From Candidatus Babeliales bacterium (lineage in GTDB: Bacteria; Babelota; Babeliae; Babelales; JBFXEV01): 64,000 nucleotides of DNA. The stretch lies in contig JBFXEV010000001.1 of assembly GCA_050179755.1 (NCBI GenBank), positions 937,994 to 1,001,993 on the forward strand, in the 5' to 3' direction. Below are positions 59,358-64,000 of the stretch, in pieces (the first letter of the stretch is position 1; each line of letters starts with the position of its first letter). The position numbers and the translations under genes were made by a program. The notes below the pieces were generated by a model. The model was given only the letters and a program-made list of their open reading frames with translations. It did not search any database and was not told where the DNA came from.

Positions 59358-59445
59358 TTCCTGACCTTCGATACACCGCTCATCCCGAGTGTTTTACAAA
59401 GCGTTAGCCAAGTAGAATGTATCGAGGCAAGGGTGAGCACAGGAA
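59358..59445. repeat. intergenic palindromic element
   Basis: CCTTCGATACA...TGTATCGAGG and GCTCATCC...GGGTGAGC inverted pairs within TTCCTG...CAGGAA. Confidence 0.5.
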
Positions 59446-59461
59446 GTGACAGTAGATTTTT

Positions 59462-60358
59462 ATGTTAGCAAAAGAAATCATAGAACGCATAAAGCATATA
59501 CAGATTCGTACCAAACGTTTGCTTGGTGGCACGCGCGCTGGCGATCACGTGACGCGTCAAAAGGGATTTGGTCTCGATTTTGATCAAATTCGTGAATATC
59601 AGCAGGGTGACGATGTGCGCTATATTGATTGGAAAAGCTCTGCGCGTTCTGGCAAAATGCTTGTCAAGCAATATTATCAAGAACACAGTAGAACTATCAT
59701 GCTGGTGGTAGATTGTTCACGGTCGCTTTTCTTTGGGTCTGGTAAAGAAACAAAATATCACGTTGCAGCTACGGTGGCTAGCATTCTTGCATTAGTGGGG
59801 CAGCAAAGTAAAGATCGTGTGAGCTTGGTGCTATTCGATGATGATATAGAGCTGTATATTCCGCCGCGTTCGGGCTATGGGCACGTACAAAAAATTATGC
59901 ATACATTATTTGATTTTTCCCGTACATCCCGAGCGAGCGGTGTAACCCGAGTTGCGGGATTAAAAACTAACTACGCTCAAATGTTGCGCTTTGTAGGTTC
60001 CAAAAAAACCAATGATTCAGTAATATTTTTATTATCTGATTTTATAGATTTTGATGATGAATCGCTCTTGAGTTCTTTAGCGCGCAAAAGTGAATTAGTG
60101 GCTGTGCGTTGCCTTGATCCTTTGGAGCGCGCATTGCCAGGTGTGGGTTTGCTTGCGTTGCAAGACATAGAAACGGGTGAGCGTATAGAAATTAATGCTG
60201 CTTTATCGCAGCTTAAAGAAGTTTCACATCTATTATCTGCGCGTTTGTTTGATCAAAACGCATTGTTTGCGCGTTATGGTGTTGATGTATTTGATGCAAC
60301 ATCCTGTGATGACATGATAAAAGGGTTAATACGTTTCTTTCGTAAACGAGCAAATTAA
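59462..60358 (+). CDS. DUF58 vWA-like protein (MoxR-associated)
   Basis: GLDFDQIREYQQGDDVRYIDWKSSAR, VDCSRS, LSDF. Confidence 0.9.
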   Translation: MLAKEIIERIKHIQIRTKRLLGGTRAGDHVTRQKGFGLDFDQIREYQQGDDVRYIDWKSSARSGKMLVKQYYQEHSRTIMLVVDCSRSLFFGSGKETKYHVAATVASILALVGQQSKDRVSLVLFDDDIELYIPPRSGYGHVQKIMHTLFDFSRTSRASGVTRVAGLKTNYAQMLRFVGSKKTNDSVIFLLSDFIDFDDESLLSSLARKSELVAVRCLDPLERALPGVGLLALQDIETGERIEINAALSQLKEVSHLLSARLFDQNALFARYGVDVFDATSCDDMIKGLIRFFRKRAN

Positions 60359-60373
60359 AGAGGCTTTAGATCT

Positions 60374-60871
60374 ATGGACGAATTAGAAGTATATGAGCTT
60401 TATGACGTGTGGTATAAGCCGTGGTGGCAAAGCACCCCTGCAAAAATTATACTGGCGTGTAGTGTAATTTTTATAGTACTGCTATTTATACGTTTTATTA
60501 TGCGTTATATTTCTGCACGCAAAGCGATTCCTTTTTGGCAGCGAGCATTAGATCAGTGCGTGCAACTTAAAAAAAATAGCGATACGCTTGCACTGCCCAT
60601 TTTGTATGCGCAGGTAACTGCGTTATTAAAAGACTATCTTGAAAAGAGATACAATGAACAGTTCAAGCAACTAACCGATCAAGAACTGCGAGAAAAAATC
60701 GAGGCGCTTCCTTTGAGCCAGTTGCAAAAAGAACGAGTTACAGAGTTGCTTACTTATGCGGTACCTGCAAAGTTTGATGCAGACCAACACACTATTGCAG
60801 ATCCCGTGATTCATATTGCTTATCTTGAAACATTAATTAAAGAAACGCACCAGCAACCCACCCCCCCTTGA
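60374..60871 (+). CDS. membrane protein of DUF58/Bat-type operons
   Basis: N-terminal TM, LKDYLEKRY...TDQE, AKF; follows DUF58. Confidence 0.6.
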   Translation: MDELEVYELYDVWYKPWWQSTPAKIILACSVIFIVLLFIRFIMRYISARKAIPFWQRALDQCVQLKKNSDTLALPILYAQVTALLKDYLEKRYNEQFKQLTDQELREKIEALPLSQLQKERVTELLTYAVPAKFDADQHTIADPVIHIAYLETLIKETHQQPTPP

Positions 60872-60968
60872 CACGCGTGGTACACTATTACAATAGGGCT
60901 TTTTTTTAGGTGGGCGAGTGCCCACATTTTTTTGTTGAATACAAGTTTAACTATAAAGGTATAAAGAC

Positions 60969-61427
60969 ATGGCAAAACACGTTGGTGTAAAACTTCCTGA
61001 AGATTTAATAAATATCCTTAAAAAAGGTACTGTGGGCATTCTTGCAACTTTTTCTGAATCTGGTTTGCCGCATACCACACCGATACAGTGTATTTACCCT
61101 AAAGGCCAAGAGAGTATTTTGATTTCAATTCATAAAGATCATACTGGTTACTTGAACATGGTATGGCAAAAGAAGGTGATGATGTGCTTTCTGGATGAAG
61201 GTAACGTTGCCTATAGCGTGTTAGGTCGTGCAGGCGTGGTGCGTGCTCCTTCTCAAGTGCACCCTTTGATGAATATTGTGCGTATTGATATTATTGATAT
61301 TAAAAGTGATCGTTCAGTATTAACCCGCGTTGATGCTGGTGTAAAGTGGAGTTATACTTCTCCTGAAGCAGAGGAATTGACTGAAAACTTGCTTAAAGAG
61401 TTGCGATCACTAGCTAAAACGTTGTAA
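60969..61427 (+). CDS. pyridoxamine 5'-phosphate oxidase-like split-barrel protein
   Basis: GILATFSESGLPHTTP motif; 152 aa. Confidence 0.7.
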   Translation: MAKHVGVKLPEDLINILKKGTVGILATFSESGLPHTTPIQCIYPKGQESILISIHKDHTGYLNMVWQKKVMMCFLDEGNVAYSVLGRAGVVRAPSQVHPLMNIVRIDIIDIKSDRSVLTRVDAGVKWSYTSPEAEELTENLLKELRSLAKTL

Positions 61428-61454
61428 GAAACACATTCATTTTTGAGGCATAGT

Positions 61455-63008
61455 ATGAAAAAAAATAGGTTATTATTATTAGTAAGTTTAACCGCAGCAA
61501 TGCCCAATATTGCTGCACAAGATGTAGAAGATCTTGTTGGGAATGAACAAGAAGTAACTAAGCAACAACTTGAACAGTTTTTGGCCGAACGACCAACAGA
61601 AAAAGTGGATGAATCGGTCGAGGAACAGGATGAATCTGATGATAGTTTGGCAATAGCAATGGCTGATGATGCTGATGAAACAGATGTAGAGCCGGAAGTG
61701 ACTCAAGAAAAGGCTGTGGCTGATGAGCAACCAACAGAAATTGAGTTGCCAGAAACGCCTGAGCCGTTTGGGCCTCCTGCTTCAGTAACCCAAGAAAAGA
61801 AAGAGCAAGAAGCTCCTGAGCCAGCTGCCGTAAGTCAAGCAGATGATCAAAGCGCTACTCAAGTAACCACAAAAGAATCAAAGCCTGTAGAGTCTGAGGC
61901 AAAGCCGGTAGAAGATGCGCAAAGCACATCAGAGCAAAAGCCTGAAGCAAGCGCCACGCCAACTGAAACTCCAAAGTCAGAAGAACCAGTGCAAAAATCA
62001 CTTGCACAACCACAGGTGACTGCAGCAAAAGAAGTTCCTGCTCCAGAAACAAAACCTGCACAAGCGCCCGTTGCAACCTCTGCACCAGCAGCGCAAGCTC
62101 AAGAATCGTTACTTGATACTATTGATATAGAAGAGGGTGGCAATTGGGTGCTTAAGCGCAAAGCATTGCAAGACACGGTACGAAAAATTGAAGACATCAA
62201 TGCGTTGTATGATGATATTCGCGATACCAACATTGTGTTTTTACAAGGCATTAATACCGTGGACGTGTTGTTTACACAATTTAGTTATGATGTTGGCTTA
62301 GATCTTGGTAAAGTCGATCAATTAGTGCAAGACGTATTGCATCATCTTGAATCTGAGCGTGAAGAAACTGGCGATTTAAGTGAAGCCGAACGTGATATTT
62401 TGCAAAAAGCCGAAGATCGTAAAAAAGAAGTTGAGCAATTGCGCACTAATATTCATGACATATGGCAAGCATATGCGCAACTTAAAGAAGCGCGCATGCT
62501 TAATGATGAACAAATTATTGAAGCAGATAGAATAAGGAAGCAAGCATGGCGGAATTTCCGCATGATCGAGCGTGTTTTAAACGAAGTAAAAGCGGAAGAG
62601 CTATACCATGAAACGGTACAATTATTTGAAGCACTGCAAACCAGTTATCGTTATCTGCAAACGCGTTTGATTCCGCATTTTGAACAGTCAATTAAAACGA
62701 TTCAAGAGAAAATGCAAATGGCCAAAAAGCAATCAGAAGAATTGCAAAGCCAGGGCGTACTCTTGAAAGAAGAAGCCATTATTGTGGATAAATTGGAAAA
62801 AGATCAGTCAGTAGATCAAGATCAGATGCAAGCTCCTGCGCCAACTGGCTGGCTTACGCGGATTAAGAATGTGCTTCTGTCCCCGTTCCATGCACTGGGT
62901 TCTCTTTGGGGTTGGATTACTGGATCATCAAGCGATATGAGGAAGTACTTGCCAGAAGAGCAAGAATTATCTGAAAATCATGAATCTAAGCAACCAGAAG
63001 AGCTTTAA
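61455..63008 (+). CDS. secreted acidic low-complexity/coiled-coil hypothetical protein
   Basis: GAGG SD; MKKNRLLLLVSLTAA leader; E/P/A/T-rich N-half; helical C-half. Confidence 0.8.
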   Translation: MKKNRLLLLVSLTAAMPNIAAQDVEDLVGNEQEVTKQQLEQFLAERPTEKVDESVEEQDESDDSLAIAMADDADETDVEPEVTQEKAVADEQPTEIELPETPEPFGPPASVTQEKKEQEAPEPAAVSQADDQSATQVTTKESKPVESEAKPVEDAQSTSEQKPEASATPTETPKSEEPVQKSLAQPQVTAAKEVPAPETKPAQAPVATSAPAAQAQESLLDTIDIEEGGNWVLKRKALQDTVRKIEDINALYDDIRDTNIVFLQGINTVDVLFTQFSYDVGLDLGKVDQLVQDVLHHLESEREETGDLSEAERDILQKAEDRKKEVEQLRTNIHDIWQAYAQLKEARMLNDEQIIEADRIRKQAWRNFRMIERVLNEVKAEELYHETVQLFEALQTSYRYLQTRLIPHFEQSIKTIQEKMQMAKKQSEELQSQGVLLKEEAIIVDKLEKDQSVDQDQMQAPAPTGWLTRIKNVLLSPFHALGSLWGWITGSSSDMRKYLPEEQELSENHESKQPEEL

Positions 63009-63045
63009 TCAAGTCACCTCTCTACACAAGCAACTACGTTTTTTA

Positions 63046-63096
63046 AAAAATTAAGAAGGGCATTCACTGTAAAAAGTATTGCCCTTCTTAATTTTT
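63046..63096. terminator. long inverted repeat/terminator
   Basis: AAAAATTAAGAAGGGCA...TGCCCTTCTTAATTTTT. Confidence 0.75.
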
Positions 63097-63143
63097 AGTT
63101 GAAAAAAGTCGATTGATATGCTACATTTGGTTGCATGTTACTT

Positions 63144-63229
63144 GCCGAGGTGGTGAAACTGGTAGACACGCAGCGTTAAGGGCGCTGTGAGGATTCCTCG
63201 TAGGGGTTCGAGTCCCCTCCTCGGCACCA
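63144..63229 (+). tRNA. tRNA-Leu with AAG anticodon
   Basis: GCCGAGG/CCTCGGC acceptor, anticodon arm CAGCG-TT AAG GG-CGCTG, long variable arm GAGG-ATT-CCTC, A73, CCA. Confidence 0.93.
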
Positions 63230-63339
63230 GTCTTTGCTCCTACGGAGCAAATTCTGGCAAGCCAGTCTCTTAAGTTTTCGTGGCAGGCTAAAATAAAAGT
63301 TCATTTGAGTAAGAAGTTTTCAACCTAAAAGGATTTATC

Positions 63340-64000
63340 ATGACGTCAACAATGCGTAACGTATTTTCACCATTTTGGGGTTGGGTAGCAGCAGCTATCG
63401 CAATTTGCATTTACTTATTTACTTTTAATGATAATTGGCGCCCTGTGTTGCGTGAAAACAAGGTAAATTTTGGTATTGATTTGGTTGGTGGCACCTATAT
63501 TCGTCTGAATGTAGAAACGGATAAAGCAGTTGAAGTTGAGTTAAACGATAAAGCACAACAAATTATTAACCGTTTGGAAGAAAAAGAACTTTCAGCGCCT
63601 GTTTCACGCAAAATTGAAAATAACGTAATTTCTTTTTCATTTGATTCATTAGATGCTGCGCAGCGAGCGCATGATCTTATTAAAGAACAAATGGCAGATG
63701 TAGTTGTAGCCCAAGATCAGCAGCAAGTTATTGTGCGTTTGCGCGATAGTCAGATTGAACGTATTAAAGCAGATGCAGTTACTGGCAATATAGAAGTGCT
63801 TCGTAATCGCCTTGATGCTATTGGGGTGGGTGAAATTACTATTGCTCAGCAAGGTGCACATGGCATTCTTATTGAACTACCAAACGTAGATGATCCGCAA
63901 AAAGCAAAAGCAATGATTGGCAAAACTGCGCAACTTGAATTTAAGTTGGTAGTGGCTGAAGCTGCTACTGAAGATCAAATACTAGATAAATATGATGGTG
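63340..64000 (+). CDS. secD: protein translocase subunit SecD, partial (runs off window)
   Basis: Not in ORF track; manual translation NFGIDLVGG, VLRNRLDAIGVGE, IELPNV, IGKTAQLEFKLV. Confidence 0.93.
   Translation, partial: MTSTMRNVFSPFWGWVAAAIAICIYLFTFNDNWRPVLRENKVNFGIDLVGGTYIRLNVETDKAVEVELNDKAQQIINRLEEKELSAPVSRKIENNVISFSFDSLDAAQRAHDLIKEQMADVVVAQDQQQVIVRLRDSQIERIKADAVTGNIEVLRNRLDAIGVGEITIAQQGAHGILIELPNVDDPQKAKAMIGKTAQLEFKLVVAEAATEDQILDKYDG

Noticed and set aside
63176..63182. Reading the Leu tRNA anticodon as TAA
   Set aside because: The 5-bp stem CAGCG/CGCTG fixes a 7-nt loop TT-AAG-GG; TAA would be off-centre and would normally have A37
1..64000. CRISPR array, transposase, integrase, prophage or defence island
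   Set aside because: No regularly spaced repeats or such genes seen; tRNA flanks show no att duplication within the window
1..64000. Alternative genetic code
   Set aside because: Conserved genes translate full length under code 11, and TGA, TAA and TAG all serve as stops

Overview
Core chromosomal region of an AT-rich bacterium. The many signal-peptide orphan proteins and the style of intergenic palindromes suggest a host-dependent protist parasite such as Babeliae/TM6 (Dependentiae); this is inferred, not proven. It holds the str-S10-spc-alpha ribosomal superoperon (22.6-41.8 kb, no rpmD), ffh-rpsP-khpA-trmD-rplS, housekeeping genes (pcrA, hflX, murC, yidC, recR, pepP, rseP, sbcC, PMM/PGM, nfo, gap, rnhA, tatD, HU, serS, partial secD), a partial secreted GMC oxidoreductase and two tRNAs. 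The best candidate for a new system is a class of eight orphan proteins whose predicted signal cleavage exposes a eukaryote-like Met-Asp/Met-Glu N-terminus. Seven sit in two tandem clusters (3.8-6.8 kb, 42.2-44.6 kb), and the second cluster carries membrane anchors and eukaryotic actin-regulatory motifs (CPI-like, WH2-like, SH3 ligand). Other oddities: tRNA-Leu with AAG anticodon, S12 with K43R/R86K, S4 with a replaced N-terminus, a TrmD-Tm1570-type double SPOUT fusion, GAPDH with a signal-peptide-like leader, a possible 6S-like RNA and REP-like palindromes. No CRISPR array, transposase or prophage was seen. All calls come from manual reading; no searches were run.
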